Positions 30,201-40,880 of a stretch of DNA of 64,000 nucleotides are shown in pieces. The stretch's first letter is position 1. The number at the start of each line of letters is the position of its first letter. The DNA is from Cyanobacteria bacterium P01_A01_bin.123 (GTDB taxonomy: Bacteria; Cyanobacteriota; Cyanobacteriia; Phormidesmidales; Phormidesmidaceae): contig JBCBZT010000015.1 in assembly GCA_039815185.1 (NCBI GenBank), positions 64,001 to 128,000 on the forward strand, read 5' to 3'. Under the pieces are notes generated by a model. That model was not told the DNA's origin. It ran no database searches and saw only the letters and a program-made list of their open reading frames with translations. The position numbers and the translations under genes were made by a program.

Positions 30201-32464
30201 TGGGGGTGCAATCTGCAACTGAGCTGCTCGGTAAAACAGATTTTGACTTTCCAGCCACCCAAGCGAAAGCCAATGACTACCGGGCCGATGATCGGTGGGT
30301 GATGGAAGCGGGCAATGCCAAATTTGGCATTCAAGAAACGCTAATGCGCTCCAACGGTGAACAGCGGTGGCTTGAAACTCACAAGGCCCCTTTACGAGAC
30401 TGGACGGGCGACATTGTTGGGGTCGTTGGGATGTTTCAAGATATCACTGCCCGTAAAGAAGCCGAATCAGCCCTCCAAGCCAGTGAAAGCCGCTATCGAG
30501 CAATTTTTGATCAGGTTGCCGTGGGCATTAACCAGGCTGATCCTTCAGGGCGATTTATCGCGGCCAATCAAGCCTTTTGTGACATGTTGGGCTACACCGA
30601 AGCAGAGCTCTTCCAATTGACCTACTGGAACCTCACCCATCCCGAGGATATCGAGAAGAACAAAGTCACATACGAGCAACTCCTTGCGGGACAAATTCCC
30701 TTTCGCTTATATGAAAAACGCTATCGCCACAAAAAAGGACATTACCTCTGGGTGGAAATTGCCATTTCTATCCTGCGCGATCTGGATGGTCGAATGCTTT
30801 CAGATGTTGCGGTAGTGGTGGACATCGATGATCGCAAGCAAGCCGAGCAAGCGCTAATTCAAGCCAAAGACGCGGCCGAAGCTGCTGCCCGCGCCAAAAG
30901 CATCTTTTTGGCGACGATGAGCCATGAAATCCGTACGCCGATGAATGGCGTTATCGGCATGTTAAACCTCCTGAAGGGGACGAAATTGAACCCTTATCAG
31001 AAGATACAAGCCAACATTGCCCAATCTAGTGCTGAATCACTCCTGACCTTAATCAACGATATTCTTGATTTCTCTAAGGTTGATGCTGGCAAGCTGGATC
31101 TGGATATCTTGGAGTTTGATTTGTGTCAGCAAATGGGAGAGTTTGCTCAAGCTATGGCCTTAAAGGCTCAGGAAAAAGGCTTAGAACTTGTGATAGATCT
31201 GCGTGGCATTAAGCACGCTAGGGTCAAGGGTGATCCGATGCGTTTGCGACAAGTCTTCACTAACCTGGTTGGTAATGCCATCAAATTTACGGAGCAGGGG
31301 GAAATCGTTATTCGGTGTTGCCTCGAAGCAGAAGACGCGGCGCTGGTTTTGAAGGGATCAGTCAAAGATACTGGCATTGGCATTGCGCGGGATAAACTCG
31401 CGGATTTATTTACCCCCTTTTGCCAGGTCGATGCCAGCACAACCCGTAAGTATGGTGGCACGGGGTTAGGCCTGGCCATTACCCAAAAGCTTTGTACCTT
31501 GATGGGGGGCACCATTCAGGTGCAAAGTGAACGAGGCAAGGGCAGCAATTTTGAATTTTCCCTCAAATTAGAGCCTGGTGAACCACCTCAACTGGGTTTG
31601 CCCCATAGAGATTTTCGCTCTCTAAAGGCGCTGATTGTCGATGACAATGCCACCAACCGGGCAATCTTAATCGGCCAGTTGATGAGCTGGGGGATGACTG
31701 TGGTCGCGGCATCAGACGGATACGATGCCTTAACCCTCTGCGAAACTCAAGTGAAGCGACAGGATGAAGCCTGCCAGCAACCCTTTGACATCATTTTGAT
31801 AGATGCAGATATGCCGGGAATGGATGGGGTCGAGTTAGCTCGATACCTCAACTGTGATCCGCGTTTTCAAGCCATCCCTCGAGTGATCATGACCCCGATG
31901 GGTGCCTATGGTGACGCCCGTCGATTTGCTGAACTTGGCTTCAGCGACTACTGCACAAAGCCCATCATTCCTTCAGACTTATTACAGATGCTGACGAGAG
32001 TCATGCAGCCGGAGACAAGTGCTACAAGTCCCGAGACGTCTGAACAGGAAATGCCCAGTCTTCACAACTGGCCCGACCATGCTCGGTTGCTCGTGGTCGA
32101 AGACAATCGGGTCAATCAGATGGTCATCAAGGGGTTGCTCAGAAAACTTAGATTGGAAGCTGATCTGGCCGTAAATGGGCTAGAAGCGCTCCGGATGCTC
32201 AAAGCGGCTTCCCATCATCACCCTTACACATTGGTGTTTATGGACTGCCTGATGCCAGACATGGATGGGTATGAGGCCAGTCGCCAAATTAGGGCTGCCG
32301 TAGCGGGTGACCATAATCAAGCAATTCCGATTGTTGCGATGACGGCCAATGCCATGATGGGCGACCGAGAAAAATGTTTGGCAGCGGGCATGAATGATTA
32401 CTTATCCAAACCCATGGATCCAAGTACCCTCGTTGAAATTCTGGAAAGATGGTTAATGAAATAA
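27245..32464 (+). CDS. Hybrid sensor kinase: CBS pair - CBCR GAF - CBCR GAF - PAS - GAF - PAS x3 - HisKA/HATPase - REC - REC
   Basis: HHLPIVN (CBS), DTCF...DCH and DTCL...DCH (GAFs), FLATMSHEIRTPMNG, GGTGLGL and two receiver domains. Confidence 0.93.
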   Translation: MHLRSTALTPVELKFSIVQDLFVVSPDTSVMTAIAEMSRVHPGASDCPPAETADGQREGLHRETQASCVVVATNEQFMGLLTERELLCLSVQHSTLEHLLLREVVVPPAVILRESDFTTVSSALDLLEQYPIHHLPIVNDQGQLVGVVTCASLRQTVLTHQLNRSQHHEAVIAEVALRIRQHVGLDTISTAIVQEVQKVLGADRVIVYRFNPDMSGTIVAEAIVPPWTPCLDVQIIDTCFQDNLGGAYQQGRVSTISDIYAANLTDCHLQMLAQFQVRANLVVPILLPEAETQPLWGLLIVHQCIGPRQWAVREIRLLQQLSVQLAIALQQAELYQSLQTLNASLEEKVEARTQALHALAKRERILADTATRIRSSLELQVIMETTVQEIHSLLKCDRVNIWQFEADWQLRVVAESTDSIMSLLGERVQDTCLQDYNEVYRQGRVRVVPDIYATEMSDCHRELLIRLQTRAKILVPLLCGDQLWGVLNVSESQSARDWQPEEIDLLKALSVQLAIALQQATIHQQLQEELEIRRQTEARLLKSEAHHRALVSALPDLIMRMNREGIYLECRANPNFQVVGDRVEMIGAHVSNILPPEAAQKRLASIQLALQTNAVQIYEHGLLIDGRTQTEEIRVIPYDKDEVLLLVRDISDRKRAERQLQDLIAGTAATTGQNFFPALVSHLATALEVTYVSVTQQVEGQLQTLAVWVNGGLQPDFSYQLAKTPCEQTLRNGKFYCESSLQQRFPENTDLVALGAESYLGIALCNNQGQAIGSLCILDQKPIQDPTWAEEILRVFAARAAAELERQRASILLEQLNQDLEAKVEARTVALQISGAQMRAMISAVPDLLLRVRPDGTCLEYRASHSRFGDFLPIERYISEVLPPALLQQQLDRVKQAIATDTLQVYEHQVEIGGCLVYEEIRISKISPDEALVIVRDITDRKQAETALSESEQFIQTVLNTIPIPVFWKNRNSVFLGCNQQFVSAMGVQSATELLGKTDFDFPATQAKANDYRADDRWVMEAGNAKFGIQETLMRSNGEQRWLETHKAPLRDWTGDIVGVVGMFQDITARKEAESALQASESRYRAIFDQVAVGINQADPSGRFIAANQAFCDMLGYTEAELFQLTYWNLTHPEDIEKNKVTYEQLLAGQIPFRLYEKRYRHKKGHYLWVEIAISILRDLDGRMLSDVAVVVDIDDRKQAEQALIQAKDAAEAAARAKSIFLATMSHEIRTPMNGVIGMLNLLKGTKLNPYQKIQANIAQSSAESLLTLINDILDFSKVDAGKLDLDILEFDLCQQMGEFAQAMALKAQEKGLELVIDLRGIKHARVKGDPMRLRQVFTNLVGNAIKFTEQGEIVIRCCLEAEDAALVLKGSVKDTGIGIARDKLADLFTPFCQVDASTTRKYGGTGLGLAITQKLCTLMGGTIQVQSERGKGSNFEFSLKLEPGEPPQLGLPHRDFRSLKALIVDDNATNRAILIGQLMSWGMTVVAASDGYDALTLCETQVKRQDEACQQPFDIILIDADMPGMDGVELARYLNCDPRFQAIPRVIMTPMGAYGDARRFAELGFSDYCTKPIIPSDLLQMLTRVMQPETSATSPETSEQEMPSLHNWPDHARLLVVEDNRVNQMVIKGLLRKLRLEADLAVNGLEALRMLKAASHHHPYTLVFMDCLMPDMDGYEASRQIRAAVAGDHNQAIPIVAMTANAMMGDREKCLAAGMNDYLSKPMDPSTLVEILERWLMK

Positions 32465-32575
32465 GTCACTCGGGTTCCCCTTATGTTGAAGGCGGCCCAC
32501 ACGTTAAGTTGACGAACTCGAAGACGCTGTCTTTGGGCTCAGTGGGGTCGAAGGCGATTGGATAAACAATTTCAC

Positions 32576-35500
32576 TTAAACCAAAGCGGGTTCGGGCATG
32601 GCGTTTTGCAATGCACCGAGCCAATCAATCAGACTCTCTAACTGCTTTTCAGGTTTGAGTACACCCAACCCCCGCACCGTCACTTTGCTAGGGGAATAGA
32701 CAAAGCGGCTTTGCAAGTGGCCGGGGAGTTTTTCAGCTAGCAACTTCCAGGCAGGGCCTTCCATTGGGGTTTCTAGCACCACATGCTGTTTGCCTTCGGG
32801 TTTGATGCGGGAGAAGCCGATCTGCTTAGCAATTTGCTTGAGGACTAAAATCCGCACGAGTTGCTCGGTGGCATGGGGGATGGGGCCGTAGCGATCGCTC
32901 AAATCGGCCACAATCTGCATCAACTCTCGCCGACTAGAGGCCGCTGCCATAGATCGGTAGGCGCTCATCTTTTGATCGAGATCAGGGACGTAATCGGTCG
33001 GAATGAATGCCGTTAGGCTGAGATCGACCTGGGTATCGTCCACCTTCGGAATTTCTTGGCCGCGAATTTCCGCGATCGCTTCTTCCAGCATGTCCATATA
33101 TAAATCAAAGCCAATGGCGTCCATTTGGCCAGACTGTTCAGCCCCCAGCAAATTGCCGACGCCGCGAATTTCCATATCCCGCATGGCCAGTTGATAACCC
33201 GAGCCGAGCTGAGCAAATTCTTGAATTGCCCGCAGCCGGGCTCTAGCTTTGTCGGTCAGCTGGCTTTGCCGGGGGTAAAACAGCCAGGCGTGGGCTTGAA
33301 TTCCGGCTCGACCGACTCGACCCCGCAGTTGGTAAAGTTGGGACAGGCCAAAGCGATGGGCATCTTCAATCAAAATCGTGTTGACGCGGGGAATATCTAA
33401 CCCCGACTCGATAATGGTGGTGCAGACTAAGATGTCGGCGTCGCCGTTGCTAAAAGTGAGCATGGTAGCTTCTAGCTCGCCTTCTTGCATTTGACCGTGG
33501 GCGATCGCCAGTCTTACCCCTGGCAGCATCTCTCGCAGACGGCCTGAAATTTCTTCGATGCCTTCTACCCGGGGCACGACATAAAAGATTTGCCCGCCCC
33601 GATCCAGTTCTTGGCGAATAGCTGAGCGCACTGTTTCGGGGTTGTAAGGAGACAAGTGGGTTTTAATCGGACGACGAGATGGCGGTGGTGTGGTGATTAA
33701 GCTCATTTCCCGTACGCCGGACAACGCCATGTACAACGTCCGAGGAATCGGGGTGGCGCTGAGGGTCAGTACGTCCACCTGGGTTTTCAGCGCTTTGATT
33801 CTTTCTTTTTGATTGACGCCAAAGCGCTGTTCTTCGTCGACCACCAGCAACCCCAAGTCTTTGAACTTGACGGCCTTGCCGAGTAGCTGGTGGGTACCTA
33901 CCACGATATCTAACTCGCCAGTGGCTAAGCGCTGCAAAATGTCCTTCCGTTCATTGGCAGTGCGGAAGCGGTTTAATAACCCCACCTGAATGGGGTATGG
34001 GGCAAAGCGTTCTTTTAGGGTGTGGTAATGCTGCTGGGTTAAAATCGTAGTGGGGGCTAGCAAGGCGGTTTGCTTGCCCGCTGTAATTGCTTTGAAAATG
34101 GCGCGGATGGCCACTTCAGTTTTGCCAAAGCCCACATCACCGCACACCAGCCGATCCATTGGACGGTGGCTTTCCATATCCCGCTTGACATCTTGGGTGG
34201 CCTTGAGTTGATCGGGGGTGGGCTGGTAGGGAAAGGAGTCTTCCATTTCTTGTTGCCAGGGCATGTCCAGGGGAAAGGTGTGACCTTCCAACTGCGATCG
34301 CTGGGCGTAGAGTTTGAGCAGATCCACCGCCACTTTTTTGATCGCCTTGCGGACTTTCCCCTTGGTTTTTTCCCAAGCTTTGCCCGACATTTTGTTGAGT
34401 TCTGGCTTGCTGCCCGCGGCCACGCGGTAACGAGACAGGGAGCCGACTTGATCCGCCGCGACTCGCAGCAAGCCGTCGGCGTATTGAATCACCAGATATT
34501 CCCGCGTTTCGTTATTCAGCGTCAGGCTTTCGAGCTTTAGAAAGCGACCGATGCCGTGGTTGCGGTGCACCACATAATCCCCTGGCTGCATTTTGTTGGG
34601 GTCGACCTGTTTAGAGGTGGCCCGCCGTCGCTTGCGCACGTACCCCGGTGTCGCTAGGGAATGCTGGCCAAAGAATTCACGATCAGTGACCACCACCAGT
34701 CGGAAGGTGGGCAAAATGAACCCTTCGAGTTCTGCTAGCCCGGAATATTTCACCGCTACGGGGACCCGCTGCCCCTGGAGTTTGTCGATCGCGGGGTAAT
34801 CGCGGGGATTGGGGACAAACTGGGCTGGGCAATCGTGTTCTTGCAGCAGGGCAACGGAGCGGGAGGGTTGGGCTGAGACTAACCAGGTCGAAAAGCTGCG
34901 ATCGCGCTCGGCCTTGATAATGTCAGCTAGCTTGCCAAACTGATGGGGAATGGTGGGAACGGGGCGACTGGCAAGATTCAGGCCAGTGTTTTCTTCGGCG
35001 ATTTCAGAGAGGAAAATTCGCTGGAAGCAGTCAATGTCGGTGAGGGCGTCTTCGAAGGGGTGGTGGAGTTGAGGGAGTAAAGCCGGATGGGATGATGAGG
35101 AAATCGGGGAGGGGGTACTTTGCCAGAGATCCTGGACATGTTCAAACCAGCGATCGCTGTGGGCTTTGCACTGTTCGACTTCATCGACGGCTATTAGGGT
35201 GGTATCTGGCAGGTAGTCGAGCAGGGAGGCGGGGGTGGGGAAGGCATAGCCCAGGAAACGCTTAAGACCTTCAAGCGACTGGCCGTTGTCGAGGGCTTCT
35301 TGTTCCTCGTCGTTTAAAAGTTGACTCAGTAAGGCCTGATCGCGCAATTGATCGACGATGATTGGGTTGTAATGGGTGGCAGTGAGCACCAGTTGGTCGA
35401 TGGGGTCGAGGGAGCGCTGGTTAGCAGGGTCGAATTCTCGCAGACGTTCGAGTTCGTCGCCAAACAGTTCTACCCGTACGGGGAGTTCTGCTGCCACGGG

Positions 35501-36103
35501 ATACACGTCAATGATGTCACCCCGCTGGCTCCACTGGCCTTCAGTTTCCACCGTGGACACTTTTTCATAGCCCAAACGGGCCAATCTTTCAGACAGATGC
35601 TTGAGATTAAGCTCCATGCCCAGGGTGAGGGTAATGCAATAGCGCTGGAAGTGCTCGACGGGGGGTAAGTGGGGTTGTAAGGCGCGTTCCGTTGCAACCA
35701 CCGCTAAGGTTTGTGCACCCTTGCCGTGACTGCCCTGGCGGTTCCCCTCTGAACCACTACCCAACCCTTTGACGAGATCAGCAAGCACCTGGAGCTGCCC
35801 CCAGATCATCTCCGACTCTTGATCAAACGGATCATAGGGGGATGATTCGGAGGTGGGATAAAAATACACTGTTCCCCAGCCCATGGCTTCGAGTTGGGTG
35901 GCCCAGCGTCCGGCTTCTTCGAGGGTGGCTGTGATCACAACCAGGGGCTTTTGTTGGGTCTGCGCTAGGGCAGAGGTGACCAAGCCTTTGGGTAACCGGG
36001 CTACGCCGTTGAGGGTGAGATACTGCTGGGTTTCCAGCTTGGTGGTCAGCTCTTGAGCCAGGGGCAATCGTCCAAGGGCACGGATAACGGAAGAAAACGC
36101 CAT
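32576..36103 (-). CDS. mfd: Transcription-repair coupling factor
   Basis: CarD-like domain, [26 protein letters not shown] and the TRCF C-terminus. Confidence 0.97.
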   Translation of the reverse strand: MAFSSVIRALGRLPLAQELTTKLETQQYLTLNGVARLPKGLVTSALAQTQQKPLVVITATLEEAGRWATQLEAMGWGTVYFYPTSESSPYDPFDQESEMIWGQLQVLADLVKGLGSGSEGNRQGSHGKGAQTLAVVATERALQPHLPPVEHFQRYCITLTLGMELNLKHLSERLARLGYEKVSTVETEGQWSQRGDIIDVYPVAAELPVRVELFGDELERLREFDPANQRSLDPIDQLVLTATHYNPIIVDQLRDQALLSQLLNDEEQEALDNGQSLEGLKRFLGYAFPTPASLLDYLPDTTLIAVDEVEQCKAHSDRWFEHVQDLWQSTPSPISSSSHPALLPQLHHPFEDALTDIDCFQRIFLSEIAEENTGLNLASRPVPTIPHQFGKLADIIKAERDRSFSTWLVSAQPSRSVALLQEHDCPAQFVPNPRDYPAIDKLQGQRVPVAVKYSGLAELEGFILPTFRLVVVTDREFFGQHSLATPGYVRKRRRATSKQVDPNKMQPGDYVVHRNHGIGRFLKLESLTLNNETREYLVIQYADGLLRVAADQVGSLSRYRVAAGSKPELNKMSGKAWEKTKGKVRKAIKKVAVDLLKLYAQRSQLEGHTFPLDMPWQQEMEDSFPYQPTPDQLKATQDVKRDMESHRPMDRLVCGDVGFGKTEVAIRAIFKAITAGKQTALLAPTTILTQQHYHTLKERFAPYPIQVGLLNRFRTANERKDILQRLATGELDIVVGTHQLLGKAVKFKDLGLLVVDEEQRFGVNQKERIKALKTQVDVLTLSATPIPRTLYMALSGVREMSLITTPPPSRRPIKTHLSPYNPETVRSAIRQELDRGGQIFYVVPRVEGIEEISGRLREMLPGVRLAIAHGQMQEGELEATMLTFSNGDADILVCTTIIESGLDIPRVNTILIEDAHRFGLSQLYQLRGRVGRAGIQAHAWLFYPRQSQLTDKARARLRAIQEFAQLGSGYQLAMRDMEIRGVGNLLGAEQSGQMDAIGFDLYMDMLEEAIAEIRGQEIPKVDDTQVDLSLTAFIPTDYVPDLDQKMSAYRSMAAASSRRELMQIVADLSDRYGPIPHATEQLVRILVLKQIAKQIGFSRIKPEGKQHVVLETPMEGPAWKLLAEKLPGHLQSRFVYSPSKVTVRGLGVLKPEKQLESLIDWLGALQNAMPEPALV

Positions 36104-36542
36104 GGGAACTTAACAAAAATGCGATCGCAGAGAAGACAAAAACAACGAAATATCCCGTCCGTCAATTAATTGACCCACAACAATTCTGAGCCGTTAACTT
36201 GGATGGGATGACATCAGGGTTCGTATTTTAATCATTGTAAAGGTGATACCCCACATCCGATTTGAAAACTTGGGTTCTAGCTTAGCGAAAACTGTGGATC
36301 TGGATGTGGCCAGGGTTTAGAAAGGCTTCAAGGGGATTGCTAAATCCAAAATTAAAGAGGCGCTGTTAAACAACACCTCTGACATCCCTTGATTGATTCT
36401 GACGAGTGGGTTCAGCCATGGGGGGAGGCTGGATAGTCTAGTTCAGGGTCAAAGCAGGTTTCCTCAGAACCTGACCTGACCTCGTAACCACGGAATTCCC
36501 TGAGATTCAGGTTTTGCTTAGCACTAAGGCTTTGTTGCTCAC

Positions 36543-36692
36543 CTAGGTTCCCGTTTGCTCTCGTCGTTGCAGTGCATCAAGCATTTGCTGGCGAACAGCC
36601 TTAGCCCAAAGACTAAACTCATTCGTCTCCCAACTAAAAACTGTCTTAGCTTGATTGGGCTGCCTTTGCTGACTCTGGTTATTCATCGTCAT
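36543..36692 (-). CDS. 49-aa microprotein not in the ORF track
   Basis: Hand translation gives MTMNNQSQQRQPNQAKTVFSWETNEFSLWAKAVRQQMLDALQRREQTGT*; GAGGG lies about 8 nt before the ATG. Confidence 0.65.
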   Translation of the reverse strand: MTMNNQSQQRQPNQAKTVFSWETNEFSLWAKAVRQQMLDALQRREQTGT

Positions 36693-36974
36693 AATTTTTC
36701 CCTCGAAGCTATAGTCCTAGCCTGACAAAAATCTAATCTATCCACTACTGCCTTTATGCATAGGTTTAGAAACAATCGGGTCTAGGCTTGGCTGTCTCTA
36801 TCCATAGTTTGTGCGGCGTTTAGTTTGAGCCGAGAAAGCTAGATAGAAGCCTAGAAAAATCAGAATCCAGCATTCAGCAGAAAGCCATTCTGATGCCTGA
36901 CGCCTGTGTGCTGCCTTGGGGATAATGACCCGCTTCAAGCCGATGCCCAAGTTTCGGCTTGGACTTGGTTTAAG

Positions 36975-37562
36975 ATGGCAAGTATGACAGGTGAACTCGA
37001 TTACTCTTTACCCCCAGCCATCCGCCGAATTTCCAGCGCCTTTCGTCGGGTTGGATGGATTAGCTTTTGGACCCAGGCCGTATTAGCGATTGTGTCCAGC
37101 TTGGTGCTGCTGTTTGCGGTAGCTAGCCTAAGTGTGCGTGCTGGTGGGCAAAATAATCCGGGTACGGGCGCTGGCTTAGTGTTTGCGGTAGCTGGGCTGG
37201 TGACGTTATACATTGGCGCTTATTGGGCCTATCGCTACACTCGTTTGGGCAAACAGTTGCGGACGGGCAACCCAGACAGCCGCCCCAAGCCTAAAGATGC
37301 GGTACAAGCGCTGCGGGTGGGGTTAATGATTAGCCTTACGGGTATGCTGTTAACCTTGCTGGGGGGGCAGGCCATCATTGGCACGTTGTTGGCCAAGTCG
37401 TTATCGACGCAAGGTACATTTTTGCTGGGTGCCGGTAATGTGACACAGTTTGTTCAGCCCCTCGATATTTTTATTGTGCAGGCCAACACGAATACAATTG
37501 CCGCCCATTTCGTGGCCATTGTGGCATCGCTTTGGCTCTCTCGTTCGGTGAATCGCCAGTAG
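36975..37562 (+). CDS. DUF3611 family membrane protein (Tic21/PIC1-like)
   Basis: RRVGWISFWTQAVL and PLDIFIVQANTNTIAAHF; four TM segments. Confidence 0.82.
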   Translation: MASMTGELDYSLPPAIRRISSAFRRVGWISFWTQAVLAIVSSLVLLFAVASLSVRAGGQNNPGTGAGLVFAVAGLVTLYIGAYWAYRYTRLGKQLRTGNPDSRPKPKDAVQALRVGLMISLTGMLLTLLGGQAIIGTLLAKSLSTQGTFLLGAGNVTQFVQPLDIFIVQANTNTIAAHFVAIVASLWLSRSVNRQ

Positions 37563-37701
37563 GGTAATGGGGTATGCCATGCCCCTAAAGTAAGCCTTGA
37601 ATCTACAACGGGGTTTACACTGCATTGAGCAAATCAGATAACCCTCGATTCTGTTAGACAATAGCGTCAAAAACTCGCTGATTACTAAATCAATTTTCAC
37701 C

Positions 37702-38871
37702 ATGACTTCAACCCTTTCAAATGCCTCACCTGCTATCGACGACACCCACGGCATCAAACTGCAACCGCTGAATGTGCCTAACCGCTTGCTGCTGGGGCCG
37801 GGGCCATCCAATGCCCATCCAAAAGTGATTGCCGCCATGCATCACCAACCCGTGGGTCACCTTGACCCGGCTTACCTGCAGATGATGGATGAGGTGCAAG
37901 AACTGCTGCGCTACACCTGGCAAACCAGCAATCCGCTGACCATTGCGGTAGCGGGTACGGGCACCGCAGCCATGGAGGCTACCCTAGCCAATGCGGTTGA
38001 ACCTGGGGATGTGGTGTTGGTTGGGGTAAAGGGCTACTTTGGTCATCGCCTAGTGGACATGGCTGCACGCTACGGTGCAGACGTGCGTACCCTAACGCAA
38101 ACCTGGGGCAATCCCTTTAGCCTGGAGGAACTGCGGACTGCGATGGAGACCCATCATCCTAAGATTTTGGCTTTGGTCCATGCAGAAACTTCCACTGGCG
38201 TTCGTCAACCCTTAGAGGGTGTCGGTGAGCTATGCCGTGAATTTGACTGTTTGCTAGTGCTTGATACCGTGACTAGCTTGGGTGGGGTGCCCGTCTTTTT
38301 AGATCAGTGGGGCGTAGATTTAGCCTATAGCTGTAGTCAAAAAGGGTTGAGCTGTGCGCCGGGGATTTCCCCGTTTACCATGAGCCAGCGAGCGATGGAG
38401 AAGCTCAATAATCGCCCTAACCCTGTACCCAACTGGTATTTGGACATGAAGCTGTTGGCAAAATATTGGGGCCGCGATCGCGTCTATCACCACACGGCCC
38501 CGGTCAACCTCACCTATGCGCTACGCGAAGCGCTACGGCTGTTGGTGGAAGAGGGGCTAGCGGCTCGCTGGCAACGGCATCAGCAGAACGCCGAGAAACT
38601 CTGGAGCGGCCTAGAGGACTTGGGCCTCGCTTGCCACGTCGCCAAAGAATTTCGGCTGCCAACCTTAACCACGGTGCGGGTGCCTGAAGGTATCGACGCT
38701 AAAGCCTTTGGTCGCAAAATGCTGCAAGACCACAATATTGAAATTGGGGGTGGTCTGGGTGAACTGGGGGGTAAAGTTTGGCGGATTGGCTTAATGGGTC
38801 ATAACAGCAATCCCGAAAACGTAGACACCCTGCTAGAAGCGATGCAGCGCACCCTCTCGGCAATGAGGTAA
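37702..38871 (+). CDS. Alanine/serine-glyoxylate aminotransferase (class V PLP)
   Basis: LLGPGPSN, HAETSTG and the PLP lysine in SCSQKGL. Confidence 0.94.
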   Translation: MTSTLSNASPAIDDTHGIKLQPLNVPNRLLLGPGPSNAHPKVIAAMHHQPVGHLDPAYLQMMDEVQELLRYTWQTSNPLTIAVAGTGTAAMEATLANAVEPGDVVLVGVKGYFGHRLVDMAARYGADVRTLTQTWGNPFSLEELRTAMETHHPKILALVHAETSTGVRQPLEGVGELCREFDCLLVLDTVTSLGGVPVFLDQWGVDLAYSCSQKGLSCAPGISPFTMSQRAMEKLNNRPNPVPNWYLDMKLLAKYWGRDRVYHHTAPVNLTYALREALRLLVEEGLAARWQRHQQNAEKLWSGLEDLGLACHVAKEFRLPTLTTVRVPEGIDAKAFGRKMLQDHNIEIGGGLGELGGKVWRIGLMGHNSNPENVDTLLEAMQRTLSAMR

Positions 38872-38994
38872 ACAGCGTTTTGGGGCATTGAGTGACTTGC
38901 CCGTCGTCGAATAACTTCAGACCATAAGGAATTGTGAGGGGATATAGCAGTGCTATGTCCCCTTATGTTGTTTATGCAGGGAGTTGGCGTTGTG

Positions 38995-39097
38995 TAGCGG
39001 TGGCCACAAAGCTTTGGGCGCTACGGCGAGCCAGATTTCTTGTGGACTCAGCATCCTGACGATACTGGGTGCATTAAGCAATCTGGCCAGCGTTATA
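38995..39097 (+). mobile_element. ~105-bp MITE-like repeat, copy 4
   Basis: TAGCGGTGGCCACAAAGCTTTGGGCGCTACGGCGAGCCAGATT...AAGCAATCTGGCCAGCGTTATA. Confidence 0.8.
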
Positions 39098-39190
39098 AAC
39101 CTGACTGCCCGGAGAAAGCAGGTTCATGTTTGTCTGACCCCTTTTCTCTGCCCACAAGCTACGGTTTTCCTTGATAATGACAAAGTGTAA

Positions 39191-40390
39191 ATGACAGGAA
39201 CAGTCAGTATGGAGCTAGTGCTGAGTTGGGGAATTGCCCAGGGGTTATGGGCGATCGCGTCTATTGTGTTAGTCGAAATTGTGCGGGATGTGTATCATGT
39301 CACCAGTCATTATTGGGCACCCTTAAAGGCGCTACACAACTGGCATCATAAGGCTTATAAACGCGACTTTACACCCGTCTCCCCGCAGCTCTATGCCAAG
39401 GCTCAGCTTTACAATGATGTGCCGGAATCGTTAGTGATGATGGCCTCAGTGGCTGCGATCGCGCTGTTGACACCCTATAGTGGCTTTTGGTTAGGATTTG
39501 CCTATGCGGCGGGGCATCTCATGACCGCGATCGCCCGCTCGCAGCGTTGGCTGTTGGTCAGCGATTTGACCCATGAACCGGGGGCTCTAACCCAACCTCC
39601 CAGCAACTGGCTTGTGAATCGCACTTACCACTGGCGACACCACTTCGATGAAACCACGGCTTACTATGGCGGTAGTCTGACGTTGATTGACAAAATTTTG
39701 GGTACTGCTGTTTCACTCAAAGGTAAAACGGTTGCCATTACTGGGGCTTCGGGCACCATGGGGCGATCGCTGATCGCTGCCCTAGCGAAACAAGGGGCTA
39801 AACCCATTGCCCTGACCACTTCTGCTGCGGCTCAATTTGATCCGGCGGTGACGGTGATTCCCTGGCAACCGGGAAATGAGGCCGAACTCAAGGCAAAACT
39901 GAATAGGGTTGATATTTTGGTGATTAACCACGGTATTAACGTGCATGGTGAGAGAACATCTGCGGCGATCGCGCGATCGCTTGAAGTCAATAGTCTCTCA
40001 GCATTGCGTCTAATAGATATGTTCACAGAGACCGTCGAAACCTCGGCCCAAAAAGCAATTAAAGAAATTTGGGTCAATACCTCAGAAGCCGAAGTCAACC
40101 CTGCCTTTAGCCCCCTCTATGAAACATCTAAACGGCTATTGGGCGATTTGGTTACCTTACGCCGCCTAGACGCACCCTGTGTCATTCGCAAAGTGGTGTT
40201 GGGGCCCTTTAAGAGCAATCTCAACCCGGTTGGCGTGATGTCTGCGGATTGGGTCGCTTGGGCAGTCGTGGCCTTGGCCAAGCGCAATGTGCGCAATATT
40301 ATCGTGACGATCAACCCGCTGACCTATCTTTTCTTCCCCATTAAGGAGTTCAGCCAGTCTCTATATTTCCGACTATTTTCAAAGGCTTAA
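39191..40390 (+). CDS. mgdE: Bifunctional sterol-desaturase/SDR protein, probable monoglucosyldiacylglycerol epimerase
   Basis: His-box domain (HNWHH, YHWRHHF) fused to a Rossmann fold (TGASGTMG, YETSK), which is the MgdE architecture. Confidence 0.78.
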   Translation: MTGTVSMELVLSWGIAQGLWAIASIVLVEIVRDVYHVTSHYWAPLKALHNWHHKAYKRDFTPVSPQLYAKAQLYNDVPESLVMMASVAAIALLTPYSGFWLGFAYAAGHLMTAIARSQRWLLVSDLTHEPGALTQPPSNWLVNRTYHWRHHFDETTAYYGGSLTLIDKILGTAVSLKGKTVAITGASGTMGRSLIAALAKQGAKPIALTTSAAAQFDPAVTVIPWQPGNEAELKAKLNRVDILVINHGINVHGERTSAAIARSLEVNSLSALRLIDMFTETVETSAQKAIKEIWVNTSEAEVNPAFSPLYETSKRLLGDLVTLRRLDAPCVIRKVVLGPFKSNLNPVGVMSADWVAWAVVALAKRNVRNIIVTINPLTYLFFPIKEFSQSLYFRLFSKA

Positions 40391-40418
40391 GACAGACAGG
40401 GGGCCGGGATCAAGAGAG

Positions 40419-40790
40419 ATGCCAATTATTGCCATCGAGCATGTTCAGCTAGCGATGCCACCGGGTTTAGAACAAATGGCACGAGAGTTTTATAGCGGGC
40501 TGTTGGGTGTTCCTGAAGTGCCAAAGCCGCCTGAACTGGCAAAGCGTGGTGGCGTCTGGTTTGAACGAGCGTCACTCAAAATTCATTTGGGGGTTGAGAT
40601 CGACTTTCGCCCAGCGCGTAAGGCCCACCCCGCATTTCTAGTCACGGATTTGAAGGGACTTGTTTCTCGCTTGAGAGCACATGGTGTAGATGTTATCGAT
40701 GACGATTTACTAGAAGGTTACTTTCGGGTGTACGTATCTGATCCCTTCGGCAATCGCATTGAACTGATGGAACCCCTTAGCGGGGGTTGA
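40419..40790 (+). CDS. VOC/glyoxalase family protein
   Basis: IEHVQL, AREFYSGLLG, HPAF and DPFGNRIEL. Confidence 0.9.
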   Translation: MPIIAIEHVQLAMPPGLEQMAREFYSGLLGVPEVPKPPELAKRGGVWFERASLKIHLGVEIDFRPARKAHPAFLVTDLKGLVSRLRAHGVDVIDDDLLEGYFRVYVSDPFGNRIELMEPLSGG

Positions 40791-40804
40791 TGCAACCATT
40801 CATT

Positions 40805-40843
40805 TTGCAGGCCCCATTGCTGCTTAAGGAATGGGGCCTGCAA
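40805..40843. terminator. Hairpin between convergent genes (likely bidirectional terminator)
   Basis: TTGCAGGCCCCATT...AATGGGGCCTGCAA. Confidence 0.65.
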
Positions 40844-40880
40844 TCCAAAAATTACTTTAGGCAATGTGACGGGGTCAACC

